Below are positions 1 to 13,339 of a DNA stretch of 64,000 nt, one piece after another; positions within the stretch are counted from its first letter, which is position 1, and every line of letters begins with the position of its first letter. The notes below the pieces were generated by a model. The model made no database searches. It was not told the DNA's origin and worked only from the letters and a program-made list of their open reading frames with translations. The translations under genes and the position numbers were made by a program. Source of the stretch: Octopus sinensis (taxonomy: Eukaryota); NCBI RefSeq assembly GCF_006345805.1, contig NC_043026.1, forward strand, positions 8,308,001 to 8,372,000. The letters run 5' to 3'.

Positions 1-1187
1 TTGGGGGTTGATTTGCTCAACTAAAACCCCTTAAGGTGTTGCTCCAGCATGGCCACAGCAAAATGACTGAAACAAGTAAAAGAATAAAAGAATTGTAGAA
101 GTATAAACCAATTTCTTGCTCATAAACTTTAACCTTTTTGTTACCAGATTTAGGCTATTATTTCTAGCATACAGAGTGACCACATTGAGGTCTCCTCGTT
201 TCATGTCTTCTGCTGATTATTTTTCTTAACCCTTTTGTTACCCTATTTCTGTTGAGATGCTCTGTGTTTCTTTCAATTAATCTTAAATGCAGTAATCCTG
301 AGCCACTTTGCAGTTCACCCATCGCTGTTTATCATTTAAACTTACGTTGATTCCTCTGTGGTGTTGTTTTGCATTTCCAATCCGATTGTGGCCATTTGCC
401 AGCTCCGTCTGGCACCTGTGCGGGTGGCACGTAAAAAGCACCCACTACACTTACGGAGTGGTTGGCGTTAGGAAAGGCATCCAGCTATAGAAACATTGCC
501 AGATCAGATTAGAGTCAGGTGCAGCCTCCTGGCTTCCTAGATCCCCGGTCGAACCGTCCAACCCATGCTAGCATGGAGAACGGATGTTAAACGACGATGA
601 TGATGATGAATACAATAGATAAATACAAAGTATAAAAATAATAATAAAAAAGAAATAATAAATCTCTGAACGAGATGTAAACAGTAACTGCACGACAAAG
701 TGAGGTATATTTGCCATCTCAATATGGCTAACCACTAAGCGTGGGTGTTACTGTAGCTTTTAGCCCCAGGAGAACATCGTCTCCAGCTGGCTTTAGGCAC
801 ACTTTCTGTGCCCTTATGGTATTTGCAAAGGGAGGTCATCCCTCTCTCATAAGCCGAAGTGATACACATGGACTGCAGTTTCTAGGTATTGACCTGTCGT
901 CGGCGTACAACAATCACCGGTTTTAGGGGTCAATAAATTAAGTACCAGTTACACACTGGGGTTGATATAATCAACTTATTTCCTCTCACAAAATTTTAGG
1001 CCTTGTGTTTATAGTAGAAAGGATTATTATTATTATTATTATTAACATGGTAAGCTGGCAGAATCATTAGCATGCTGGGCAAAATGCCCAACAGTATTTC
1101 GCTTGTCACTCAGTTCTAAGTTCAAATTCTGCTGAGGTTGACAAATTAAGCTCCAATTGTGTACTAAGTGGAAGCACATTGCCTAGT

Positions 1188-1510
1188 GGTTAGAGCAGCA
1201 GACTTGCGGTCGAGGGATCGTGGGTTCAAATCTCAGACCGGGCAATGTGTGTGTTTATGAGCGAAACACCTAAGCTCCACACGGCTCCGTCAGAAGGTAA
1301 TGGCGAAACTATTGCTAACTCTTTCGCCACAACTTTCTCTCACTCTTTCCCCCTGCATCTTGCAGCTTACCTGCGACGGACCAGCGTCCCGTCCAGGTGG
1401 GGAACCTATACGCCAAGAAATCGGGAAACCGACCCTTATGAGCCAGGCATGGCTCGAGAAGGAACAAACAAACAAAAACAATTGTGTACTGGGGTCGACG
1501 TAATCAACTA
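1188..1510 (+). mobile_element. tRNA-headed SINE, third family
   Basis: GGAAGCACATTGCCTAGTGGTTAGAGCAGCAGAC...GGGTTCAAATCTC head with A and B boxes, followed by a non-tRNA body. Confidence 0.65.
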
Positions 1511-1711
1511 GTCCCCTCCCACCAAAATTTCAGGCCTTGTGTTTATAGTAGAAAGGATTATTATTATTATTATTATTAACATGGTAAGCTGGCAGAATCG
1601 TTAGCATGCTGGGCAAAATGCCCAATGGTATTTCGCCTGTCACTCAGTTCTGAGTTCAAATTCTGCTGAGGTTGACAAATTAAGCTCCAGTACTGGGGTC
1701 GACGTAATCGA

Positions 1712-2030
1712 CTAAGTTAAGTTAAATTTTTTGGCTCAAAAAGCAAAAGCAAGGTCATGTAGGGGGACATGGAGTTATGTACAGGGAGTGTGTTCATGCA
1801 AAGAGTTCAGGCCATTTCTGGTCAAGAGAGACTTTGAACCGAGCGGTCGTCAGCATCTTCACTATCTCGTCCGGCAGCTTATTCCACGAATCTGCAACCC
1901 GGACGGAGAAAGCCCCTCTCCTTCGATTGAGATGAAATCGTCGCAGATAGAGCTTTTCGGAGTGACCCCTGCAGCCGACGCTCTTTAGCAGGAGTGAAGA
2001 ACAGCTCTTTCGAGAGGTTACACTTTCCAC
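1712..2030 (-). mobile_element. CR1/L2-type LINE 3' end with (TAAC)n tail
   Basis: RGHSEKLY...RRGAFSVRVADSWNKLP; same family as 35677-36081 and 3836-3945. Confidence 0.8.
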
Positions 2031-2134
2031 AGTCCCCTCTCCCAAAATTTCAGGCCTTGTGCCCATAGTAGAAAGACATTATTATTATTACTATTATTAT
2101 TATTATTATGAATACAATAAAAAACACTACTAAC

Positions 2135-2248
2135 CCATCATCAGCGACAGTCGATATGTTGGTTCCAAAATCACAGAATGCAACAGATCTGACATGATAC
2201 TCATTTGCTCCACCAGCAAATATTGGCCGGGGCGCTGGAAACAGGTGT
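2135..2248 (-). CDS. WSB1: WSB1-like exon 6 (GHLFPAPRPIFAGGANEYHVRSVAFCDFGTNISTVADD)
   Basis: Acceptor ccctcaccag, donor gttagt, 114 nt, phase 2 to 2. Matches WSB1 GHLFPPPTPIFAGGAN..VRSV.F. The remaining C-terminal exons were not found in 1-2134. Confidence 0.93.
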
Positions 2249-2389
2249 CTGGTGAGGGAAAAGAGAGAGAGAAGAAAATAGACATTGATAAATACCAGCA
2301 CGGAAGACAGACGCTTGTTAAACCATAATAAACATAAAGTCCCTGGGTTTTCTGTTGTCATAGATCATGGGTCCCCTTGGTCACATGTT

Positions 2390-3350
2390 CAGGCTATGGT
2401 GTGGAGGTGCATGGCTCAGAAACCTGGACGTTATCGAAGAAGCTTGAGAGGCGGTTGGATGGAACCTACACTCGCCTCCTTATGAGAGCTCAAAATCTCT
2501 CGTGGAAGCGTCATCCAACCAAAGTACAAATATATGGCAAACTACCACCTGTATCATCTCTTGTGAAAGGTAGGAAAGTCCAGTTTGCTGGACATTGTTG
2601 TAGAGCTGAAAAAGAGGCAATTTCTACTCTTCTCATCTGGAAGCCATCTGCCCGCGATACCAGTCAAACCAATTCTACTATATGGCTCAGAAACCTGGAC
2701 GTTATCAAAGAAGCTTGAGAGGCAGTTGGATGGAACCTACACTCGCCTCCTTATGAGAGCTCAAAATCTCTCGTGGAAGCGCCATCCAACCAAAATGCAA
2801 ATATATGGGAAACTATCACCTGTATCATCTCTTGTGAAAGGTAGGAGAGTCCAGTTTGCTGGACATTGTTGTAGAGCTGAAAAAGAGGTAATTTCTGCTC
2901 TTCTCCTCTGGAAGCCATCTGCCCGCGATACCAGTCGAACCAATTCTACTATATGGCTCAGAAACCTGGACGTTATCAAAGAAGCTTGAGAGGCGGTTGG
3001 ATGGAACCTACACTCGCCTCCTTATGAGAGCTCAAAATCTCTCGTGGAAGCATCATCCAACCAAAACGCAAATATATGGGAAACTACCACCTGTGTCATC
3101 TCTTGTGAAAGGTAGGAGAGTCCAGTTTGCTGGACATTGTTGTAGAGCTGAAAAAGAAGTAATTTCTACTCTTCTCCTCTGGAAGCCATCTACTCGCGAT
3201 ACCAGAGGGCGCACGCTCTCCTACCCTGATCTAATCTCCAGGGATACAGGCATCCAGCAACAGGACCTCCGTAATGCTATGATGGACCATGAAGTCCAGC
3301 GTAGCATGGTAAATTCCATTGACTCGACCACGGTCGAACAATGATGGTGA

Positions 3351-3411
<61 letters not shown>

Positions 3412-3675
3412 CATACATATCATCTCTTGTGAAAGGTAGGTGAGTCCAGTTTCTGGACATTGTTGTAGAGCTGAAAACAAGGTAATTTCTGCTCTTCTCT
3501 GGAAGCCATCTGCTCGCGATACCAGGGGGTGCACACTCTCCTACCCTGATCTAATCTCCAGGGATACAGGCATCCAGCAACAGGACCTCCATAATGCTAT
3601 GATGGACCATGAAGTCCGGCGTAGCATGGTAAATTCCATTGTCTCGACCACGGTCGAACAATGATGATGATGATG
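2390..3675 (+). mobile_element. RTE-clade LINE 3' fragment with internal 271-bp tandem repeats and a second 3' end
   Basis: RT C-terminus YGSETWTL...LDGTYTRLL...FAGHC repeated at about 2411, 2682 and 2953; (TGA)n tails at about 3342 and 3662. Confidence 0.85.
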
Positions 3676-6291
3676 GCTTAATGGTAAGGTGTTAGACTCA
3701 AGAGCGTAAGATTATGGTTTCGATTCCTGGGCTGGGTGATGCATTGGGTTCTTGAGCAAGACACTTCATTTCATGTTGCTCCAGTCCACTCAGACGGCAA
3801 AAATGAGTTAATCCTGTGATGGATCAGCCTCCCTTAAGTTAAATTTTTTGGCTCAAAAAGCAAAAGCAAGGCCATGTAGGGGGACATGGAGTTATGTACA
3901 GGGAGGGTGTTCATGCAAAGAGTTCAGGCCATTTCTGGTCAAGAATGTATAGCCCATGAAACTGGCCCTTATAAATTGGAGTCATTCGCGAAGGTAAGGT
4001 AACTTTACCACCTGGATAGGACACCGGTCCCTTGTAGGTATGATTAATGCTTGCCAGCTGGGTGAACTGGAGCAATGCGAGATGAAGTGTTTTGTCCAAA
4101 AACACAACGCATCACCTGATCCAGGAATTGAAACCGCAATCTTACGATCATGAATCCAACACCCTAACAACTAAGCCATGCTCTGCCACAACACGAGAAC
4201 CCTTGGATGTATTCCACTGAAATTAGGTAAATAATCCTTTGAACAGACGGTGAGTAGCGATGCCTGCTAGGTTCGGCTGCTCTGCATTGATAAGGGGCAA
4301 ATACCCTGAAACTAGTCTGCAGATGCCTGACCAGCAAGGGGACGCAGCTGACCTCCCCTGTTTGAAGGTTATAATGGACACAGGTTCGTGTGTCACATAG
4401 CTAGCTAGAGGTGATGGCCTCTTGAAGCTAATCAACGGCAGCATTCGTCCTATATTTCTGGACTGCCATATTAGCTTGGCAATAACTTAATATCCAGTAC
4501 TGCTGCCATAGTTGAGGGCTCAAGACACACCATGGTTAGTCCCACATTATTCCATAAAGAGCATAGTGCTGGTTCTCCAGATTCTCTAGTGTATAAATAC
4601 CCCACCTGGATAGGATGCCAGTCTGTTGCAGGATTAACTCACTTTCGCCAGCTGAGTGGACTGCTGCAACGTGAAATGAAGAGTTTTGCTCAAGAACACA
4701 ACACATCGCCTGGTCCAGGAATTGAAACCACAATCTTACGATCATGATGTCGACACCCTAACCTATTTCTTTACTACCCACAAGGGGCTAAACACAGAGG
4801 GGACAAACAAGAACAGACAAACGGATTAAGTTGATTACTGGTACTTAATTTATCGACCCCCGAAAGGATGAAAAGCAAAGTCGACCTCGGCGGAATTTGA
4901 ACTCAGAACGTAACGACAGACGAAATACCTATTTCTTTACTACCCACAGGGGGCTAAACACAGAGGGGACAAACAAGGACAGACAAACGGATTAAGTCGA
5001 TTACATCGACCCCAGTGCGTAACTGGTACTTATTTAATGTTTAGCGGTATTTCGTCTGCTGTTACGTTCTGAGTTCAAATTCCGCCGAGGTCGACTTTAC
5101 CTTTCATCCTTTCGGAGTCAATAAATTAAGTACCAGTTACACACTGGGGTCGATATAATCGACTTAATCCGTTTGTTCTTTCTGTGTTTAGCCCCTTGTG
5201 GGTAGTAAAGAAATAGGTACTTATTTAATCGACCCCGGAAGGATGAAAGGCAAAGTCGACCTCAGCGGAATTTGAACTCAGAACGTAACGGCAGACGAAA
5301 TAACACTAAGCATTTTGCCCGGCGTGCTAACGATTCTGCCAGCTCGCCGCCTTCTAACCACCAAACCAGTACCTCCACCATCAAGGTGGGGAAAATATTT
5401 GCCAGAGAATCCGAAGGACCAGCCCTATGCTCCTTATGGACTAACATAAACTAACCATGATGTATGTTCAGCCCTGGGGTACATACCACGAAGGTTATGC
5501 TAAGTTTCAATTCTATTCCAGTGTCCCCGCAACCTTTTTCCACGGCTGTGTGGTAAGTAGCTTGCTTACCAACCACATGGTTCCGAGTTCAGTCCCACTG
5601 TGTGGCACCTTGGGCAAGTGTCTTCTACTATAGCCTCGGGCCGACCAAAGCCTTGTGAGTGGATTTGGTAGACGGAAACTGAAAGAAGCCTGTCGTATAT
5701 ATGTATATATATATATATATATATATGCGTGTGTATGTTTGTGTGTCTGTGTTTGTCCCCCCAACATCGTTTCACAACTGATGCTGGTGTGTTTATGTCC
5801 CCGTTACTTAACGGTTCGGCAAAAGAGACCGATAGAATAAGTACTGGGCTTATAAAAAAATAAGTCCCAGGGTCGAGTTGCTTGATTAAAGGCGGTGCTC
5901 CAGCATGGCCGCAGTCAAATGACTGAAACAAGTAAAAGAGTACATTCTTCTCAAAATTCAGCAACATAGCTGAAGTAAAAATATAACTAAAAGTAGAGGG
6001 AAATAAAGTTATATTCAGGTCACACTGTGGCACACGTAGCATCATCTCGTGGCACACCAGTGTGCCGCAATATACTGGGTGCAGAGCACAGTTGCATGAC
6101 AACAATAATCTTCGCACATACTCTGAAGAAAGCCAGCCTTGTTAACTTTCAAGTATGTGATTGCCAGATGTGGAGTTTTATTATAGGTGCGCCTCAGCCC
6201 TGCCCCTTGTATTTCAAGGAGTCTTATTGTCAGCAACGTAGGACCCAAGGTACCTGAAATCACTGACCTCTCTTGGGTTGTATACCAATCA

Positions 6292-7190
6292 TCATCATCA
6301 TCATCATCGTTTAGCATCCACTTTCCATGCTAGCATGGGTTGGCCGGTTCAACTGGGGTCTGCGAAGCCAGAAGGCTGCACCAGACCCAGTCTGATCTGG
6401 CAGTGTTTCTACGGCTGGATGCCCTTCCTAACGCCAACCACTCCATGAGTGTAGTGGGTGCTTTTTATGTGCCACCGGCACAGGTGCCAGACGAGGCTGG
6501 CAAACGGCCACGGTCGGATGGTGCTTTTTACGTGCCACCAACACAGAGGCTAGGCGAGGCTGGCAAACGGCCACGATCGGATGGTGCGTTTTACGTGCCA
6601 CCTGCATAGGTGCCAGACGAGGCTGGCAAATGGCCACAATCGGATGGTGCTTTTTATGTGCCACCTGCACAGGGGCCAGACGAGGCTGGCAACAGCGACG
6701 ATCAGATGGTGCTTTTTACGTGCCACCGGCACAGGTGCCAGACGAGGCTGGCAAACGGCCACGATTGGATGGTGCGTTTTATGTGCCACCTGCATAGGTG
6801 CCAGACGAGGCTGGCAAACGCCCACAATCGGATGGTGCGTTTTACGTGCCACCTGCATAGGTGCCAGACGAGGCTGGCAAACGCCCACAATCGGATGGTG
6901 CTTTTTATGTGCCACCTGCACGGGGCCAGACGAGGCTGGCAACAGCGACGATCAGATGGTGCTTTTTACGTGCCACCGGCACAGGTGCCAGACGAGACTG
7001 GCAAACGGCCACGATCGGATGGTGCGTTTTACGTGCCACCTGCATAGGTGCCAGACGAGGCTGGCAAACGGCCACAATCGGATGGTGCTTTTTATGTGCC
7101 ACCTGCACGGGGGCCAGACGAGGCTGGCAAACGGCCATGATCGGATGGTGCTTTTTGCGTGCCACTGGCACGGGGGCCAGATGAGGCTGG
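6292..7190 (-). mobile_element. RTE-tailed repeat family (GTTAAACGATGATGAT end) with an internal ~62-bp tandem array
   Basis: (CAT)n start on plus, conserved body CCATGCTAGCATGGGTTGGACGG, many GATGGTGCTTTTTACGTGCCACC units. Other copies at about 362-610, 11826-12060, 23732-23880, 31868-32404, 35217-35550, 36345-37680, 38530-39300, 39824-40215, 53685-54053, 54260-54420, 56850-57650 and 59365-59865. Confidence 0.85.
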
Positions 7191-7469
7191 AACAAATTGC
7201 CTGGTGTCTTTCCTCCTCGTTGATGGTCATATTATCAGTCTTCTTTGCGCGGAGAAACAGATCAACTTGGCTGCAGCATTTCCCCCCCCCCATGATTTGA
7301 GAATGGTATCACAAAGACAAATCACAAAAAGAAATGCAGTCCCAGATACACAATGCAAAGAAGTAAGATGAGATGGCCACTGCTGGAAAGCCTTTGATGA
7401 TAGGCTCCACCAATCAAGGTTGACCAGAGCAGCAACTTTATGCATCATCAAAATTACCAGCTGACTTAC

Positions 7470-7651
7470 CCCAACTGTCTGAGACAGACTCCTTTGTACC
7501 AATTCCAGATGATGACTCTCGTGTCGTAGGATGCTGTGGCCAACAGAGCGCCATCTGGTGAGAAGTCGCAGGACACAACAACGTTTTGGTGACCGTATAA
7601 CTTACGGACGGGATCAGATCTTTTGCTTTTGGAGGTTTCACAGATAACAAC
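7470..7651 (-). CDS. WSB1: WSB1-like exon 5 (VVICETSKSKRSDPVRKLYGHQNVVVSCDFSPDGALLATASYDTRVIIWNWYKGVCLRQL)
   Basis: Acceptor tttttccacag, donor gtaagt, 182 nt, phase 0 to 2. CDFSPDGALLATASYDTRV is the WSB1 sequence. Confidence 0.95.
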
Positions 7652-8787
7652 CTGTGGAAAAAAAAAAAGGAAAAAAAATACACATAAAAAAAACTGAGGC
7701 AGTTGGTACTGTTGATTGCTGGGGGAGGGGACACACACACACACACCTATTGCCTATTTTTCTATCCTTGATTGCAATGGTTATCAAATGTCCCTACCAG
7801 CAATACATATGTACATACCAGTTACCATGAAAGCGTTTATGTAAAAAGCAGCCTGTCCAATTGTACTACACTAAATTTGGGGGTTATTTAAGCAATGTAT
7901 GTGTGGATGGTTAACAGGTCAGATGTTGCACTGAAGAAACAGCAAAAACTCCAGACATATGTATATACACCAATTACCTATTTTTCTATCTTTGTTATCG
8001 GATGTCCCTACCAGCAATTAATATATATGTACCAGTTACCAGGTATATTTCACATGGCATCAGGTAAGATGAGGCCCATTTCAGTATGGTTTTCACAGCT
8101 GGATGCCTTTCCAAATGCCAACCACCTTACAGACTGGACTGGATACTTTCTCCTTTTTATTTTACATGGCACCAGTACCAGTGAGATCACCAAAGATCCT
8201 TTGAGAGGAAGGCTGGTATTGAAGGGGGTGGTTTTACACCAGGTGATGAGAAGTTAAAGTACAACAGGGGGACAGAAACAGGTGTCTTGCTGTAGAAGAG
8301 ACTTGGCAATTACATCAGAGTGAATATATCGCACTGTGGTTAAAACTTGTCTTAAAAAAATGAACAAACTCTTTGGCCAACCCAGGCATGGCTGCATAGT
8401 AAGAAACTTGCTTCCTAACCACATGGTTGTCGGTTCAGTCCCACCTTGGGTAAGAGTTTTGTACTATAGTTTGGGGCCAACCAAAACCTTGTGAGTGGAT
8501 TTGGTAAACGGAAACTGAAAGAAACCCATCATATATATATATGTATATATATCTACATGTGTCTGTGTTTGTCCCCTCACCATCACTGCTTGACAACCGG
8601 TGCTGGTGTGTTTATGTCCCTGTGACTTAGCAGTTTGGCAAAAGGGACCAATAGAATAAGTACCGGCTCTAAGAAATAAGTCCTGGGGCTGATTTATTCG
8701 ACTAAAAACCCATCAAGGCAGTGCTCCAGCATGGCCACAGTCAAATGACTGAAACAAGCAAAAGATTTAAAAAGAATATGTATATAT

Positions 8788-8843
<56 letters not shown>

Positions 8844-9689
8844 ATGTGGGCCAAAAACCAGGACACACAGACACAAATAATTTAAGTGTTTTTCATATTC
8901 ATATTACCTTATAAGGTTAAACCAACATTGATAACAAAAGATTGTTAGACCTGCTAAAAATAGAAGCCAAATCTCCTTCAAATCACACCCTATGGTTTTA
9001 TGTATGAGTTTGTGAGAGAGACCTCTACATGGCAGTTAGACTTGTTAGAAATAGAAGCCAAATCTCCTTCAAATCACACCCTACGGTTTTATGTATGAGT
9101 TTGTGAGAGAGACCTCTACATGGCAGTTAGACTTGTTAGAAATAGAAGCCAAATCTCCTTCAAATCATACTCTACTGCTTTATGTATGTATGCGCTAATG
9201 AGAGAAACCTATATATGGTAGTAAGGATTGGTAGAAATAGCAGCCAAATCTCCCTCAAATCACACCATACTGTCTTAAATAAGGGTGCATGGAGAAAATA
9301 TATAAGTACAAATGAGGTTTTCGGGGAATAAGTTTGCTTCCCAACCATATGGTACCAGGTTCAGTCCCACTTGGGGGAGTGTTTTCTACTATGGCCAAGG
9401 GTTTGTCAGTGGATTTAGTTGACAGAAACAAGAAGAGATCCAGTTTAGTTTTAAAGAAACCCACATCCACACCATGCAAGTCTCTCAGGCATTTAGGGAG
9501 ATAATCCTGCATTATCTTGTAGTTTAGAGGTTTCAGTGATGTGATTTTTTAGTTTAAGAATGACATGGTAGGGCTGAGGTGAGAGGCGAGATCTGGTCAG
9601 TTTCAATATAAAACAGGTTAAATATTCTGGCCGGATATGGCCGGTTTGAATGCTAAACGGTTAAGGGCGCATTGTTGAGAGTATGGCTG

Positions 9690-9845
9690 ATCCAATCACT
9701 GTTGGACAGGCACTTGTTTACATATTCAGTCTTGGCCTCATTGAGGTAAAGACCTACACAATTTGAGGCTTGTTCGAGAGATTGTAAAAGAGACTGGGCA
9801 TTGGAGAGAGAATCACTGATAAGAGCGATGTCGTCAGCTGTGGCA
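9690..9845 (-). mobile_element. RTE-like reverse transcriptase fragment
   Basis: ADDIALISDSLSNAQSLLQSLEQASNCVGLYLNEAKTEY corresponds to the (Y)ADD region of a LINE RT. Confidence 0.75.
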
Positions 9846-9917
9846 ATAACGAAAGAAAACACTCAAACTAGTGATGACACGTCATAGTGATGAGGGTTGC
9901 AGAGTTGAAGCAATTAA

Positions 9918-10749
9918 CCCTTTTGATACCAACCCGGCCAAAACCGCTTCTGGCTCTGTTGTACAAATGTCTTGTTTTCATAAGTATTGAATTAAAATCT
10001 TCCACCAAACCTTAGTCACAATTTATGTTCCCAATACTAGTTTAATGATAACTAAGTTCCTTTACTAAATTCTTTTTTATATTCAAAACTAGCAGTATCG
10101 CCCGGCGTTGCTCAGGTTTGTAAGGAAAATAACTATATAAGCATTTTTAGAGAGTTACTTCCCTTATATAAACCAAGCAAAAAATGCATTAATAATGCGG
10201 AGAAATGATGGTAAATTGTTTTTTAATCATAGACTCATTGTAGACACGCGCTAATACCCAGAAGGGCTCGATATGAATCACGACTATAAGATACCCGCTT
10301 TTGGTTAAACTGCACCGCAAAATGTGGGAGTAGTTAGGAATCTAAATCGTAGGAGACAGACACTCACACAACTTGACTTTTATATATAAAGACTAGCAGT
10401 ATCGCCCGGCGTTGCTCAGGTTTGTAAGGGAAATAACTATATAAGCACTTTTAGAGAGTTATTTCCCTTATATAAACCAAGCAAAAAATGCATTAAAAAT
10501 GCGGAGAAATGATGGTAAATTTTTTTTAATCGTAGACTCATTGTAGACACGCGCTAATACCCAGAAGGGCTCGATATGAATCACGACTATAAGATACTTG
10601 GTTTTGGTTAAACTGCACCGCAAATGTGGGAGTAGTTAGGAATCTAAATCGGAGTAGACAGACACTCACACACTCAACTTCAGTTTTATATATAAAGATT
10701 AAGTGAATGAAACACAGAGCATCTCAAAATAAATACGGTAACGAAAGGG
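9918..10749 (+). mobile_element. piggyBac-type MITE (about 221 bp when empty) carrying the Helitron dimer
   Basis: TTAA at 9914-9917 and 10750-10753; TIRs CCCTTTTGATACC / GGTAACGAAAGGG. Confidence 0.8.
10089..10698 (-). mobile_element. Head-to-tail Helitron dimer (10089-10392 and 10393-10698)
   Basis: The CTAG end of one copy directly abuts the TC start of the next; the dimer as a whole sits in an A|T site. Confidence 0.85.
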
Positions 10750-10759
10750 TTAAATTAGA

Positions 10760-10960
10760 AACTCCCTTCTGAAACCAATCAAGAAGATCAAAGGGACAAA
10801 ATGACACTCCTGTCCAAATGTGACAACAGTTTTTCATACAAGGACAAGTTGTGGACTTGTAAAGATACAAAATGGCCCCGAATGTGAGGTGGTCCTTTGA
10901 CCGATACAAACACTCAGCCTTATGGGAAACAGACCTACCGATTGACTGTAAGTGGCTTGG
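10760..10960 (-). mobile_element. Degenerate CR1/L2/Jockey-type RT fragment
   Basis: LYLYKSTTCPCMKNCCHIW resembles the LYKxxIRPxMEYCxxIW thumb region. Confidence 0.45.
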
Positions 10961-11279
10961 CAAAAGAGACTGAAAGAATAAGTAGCAGGCTTTAAAAGAA
11001 CTGGGTTTGATTTGTTTGACTAAAACCCTTCAAGGTGGTGCCCCAGTATGGCCTCAGTCAAATGACAAACAAATAAGAAATAAAAAAAATATAATCTAGT
11101 AGGCGTAGGAGTGGCTGGTGGTAAGTAGCTTGTTTACCAACCACATGGTCCCGGGTTCAGTCCCACTGCGTGGCACCTTGGACAAGTGTCTTCTACTATA
11201 TAGCTTTGGGCCGACCAAAGCCTTATGAGTAGATTTGGTAGATGGAAACTGAAAGAAGCCCGTCGTATATATGTATATA

Positions 11280-11310
<31 letters not shown>

Positions 11311-13339
11311 GTGTGTTTGTGTGTCTGTGTTTGTCCCCTCCAACATCGCTTGACAAGCGATGCTGGTGTGTTTACGTCGCTGTAACTTAGCGGTTCGGCA
11401 AAAGAGTACGATAAAATAAGTACTAGGCTTACAAAGAATAAGTCCTGGGGTCGATTTGCTTGACTAAAGGCGGTGCTCCAGAATGGCTGCAGTCAAATGA
11501 CTGAAACAAGTAAAAGAGTAGAAGAGAAAGAGAGAGTAGTGTAAAAAAATTGCAAACAGGTGACCTGCTCAAGTGAGCAATCTTTCAGAGATTTTTTTAG
11601 AAATAAAGGAGGAAAAGGCAGAAACACGAAACTGGTCAGGTTCTCTGTACCGGAAACCAATCTGGGGGCAAGGAGAGACACACACACACACACACACACA
11701 GGAGACTTGCATGAGTGAACAACAGACTGTTGTGCAAAATAAAAATTAAAAACAAATAAAAGCCAATCAAAGATTGTAGATAGGAGGTCAGACTTACTTT
11801 GCACAGGTGGGCAACAGATGGTTTTCATCATCATCATCATCGTTTAACGTCCGCTTTCCATGCTAGCATGGGTTGGACGGTTCAGCTGGGGTCTGGGAAG
11901 CCAGAAGGCTGCAACCAGGCCCCAGTCTGATCCGGAAGTGTTTCTACGGCTGGATGCCCTTCCTAACGCCAACCACTCCATGAGTGTAGTGGGTGCTTTT
12001 TACGTGCTACCTGCACAGGTGCCAGGCAAGACTGGCAACGATCACAGTCAGATGGTGCATTTTACGTTCCACATGGTTCCGGGTTCAGTCCCACTGCGTG
12101 GAACCTTGGGCAAGTGTCTTCTACTATAGGCTCAGGCTGACCAAAGCCTTGTGAGTGGATTTGGTTGAAGGAAACTGAAAGAAGCCTGTTGTATATATAT
12201 ATATATCTAGGTTCAGGAGTGGCTGTGTGGTAAGTAGCTTGCTTACCAACCACATGGTTCAGGGTTCAGTCCCACTGCGTGGCACCTTGGGCAAGTGTCT
12301 TCTACTATAGCCCCGGGCTGACCAAAGCCTTGTGGTAGACGGAAATTGAAAAAGCCTGTCGTATATATGTATGTGTGTCTGTGTTTGTCTCCCTAGCATT
12401 GCTTGACAACTGATGCTGGTGTGTTTAGGTCCCCGTCACTTAGCGGTTCGGCAAAAGAGACCGACAGAATAAGTACTGGGCTTACAAAAGAATAAGTCTT
12501 GGGGTTGAGTTGCTCGATTAAAGGCGGTGCTCCAGCATGGCCGTAGTCAAATGACTGAAACAAGTAAAAGAGTAAAGAAATAAAACCTAGCTGAGTTTTG
12601 CACAAACAGGTGAGGCTCCACTGTGATTCTTTTGTTCAGCAGGAGGCGTTTCTGTGAAACAATAGGTGTGTGTGTGTATGCGTGTACGTGGGTGTATGCA
12701 TACCTGCATGGAGCAGGGGGGTGGGGTTGGAAGTCAAATTGCTACATCATCGTCTGATATTTAATATTTGTTCCATGCCATCCACACCTGTTCTATTCTT
12801 CTCTGGTCACTCGCCCTGTTCAATCCTCTGTAACACTTCGCTTATATCTCGCCAACCGCCGTACCTTGGGGGTTATGACCCTGACACTTCACCACCAACT
12901 TTCTTCCTCTCTCAGTCGGAAAAGAAAGAGAAAGGGAGGGAGGAAGAGAGAGAGAGAGAGAACACATACTCTTTTACTTGTTTCAGTCATTTGACTGCGG
13001 CCATGCTGGAGCACCACCTTTAATCGAGCAACTCGACCCCGGGACTTATTCTTTGTAAGCCCAGCGGCACTGGCAACTACCTCCCTCAAATGTTTTTACA
13101 CGTGCCACCAGCACAAGTGCCAGTAAGGCAACGCTGGTAACGATCACGCTCGAATGGTGCTTTTTACAAGCATGGAAGCCAGTCAGCTGCTCTGGCAACA
13201 ATCACGCTCGGATGGTGCTCTTAGCGCTCAACTCGCACGGATGCCAGTCATTGAATTTGATTTCGATTAACATCCATATTTATATATAAAATACTACAAT
13301 GAGCCATCATTTTGATGTCACAGGATAATAATAAAATAA

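Noticed and set aside
1188-1265. tRNA gene candidates here and at SINE family A/B heads
   Set aside because: A/B boxes are present but no complete cloverleaf, and each continues into a repeated SINE body.
1-2134. Search for the last WSB1 exons (final WD40 and SOCS box)
   Set aside because: The region is fully accounted for by SINE, MITE and LINE pieces; no matching peptide was found, so the exons are presumed outside the window.
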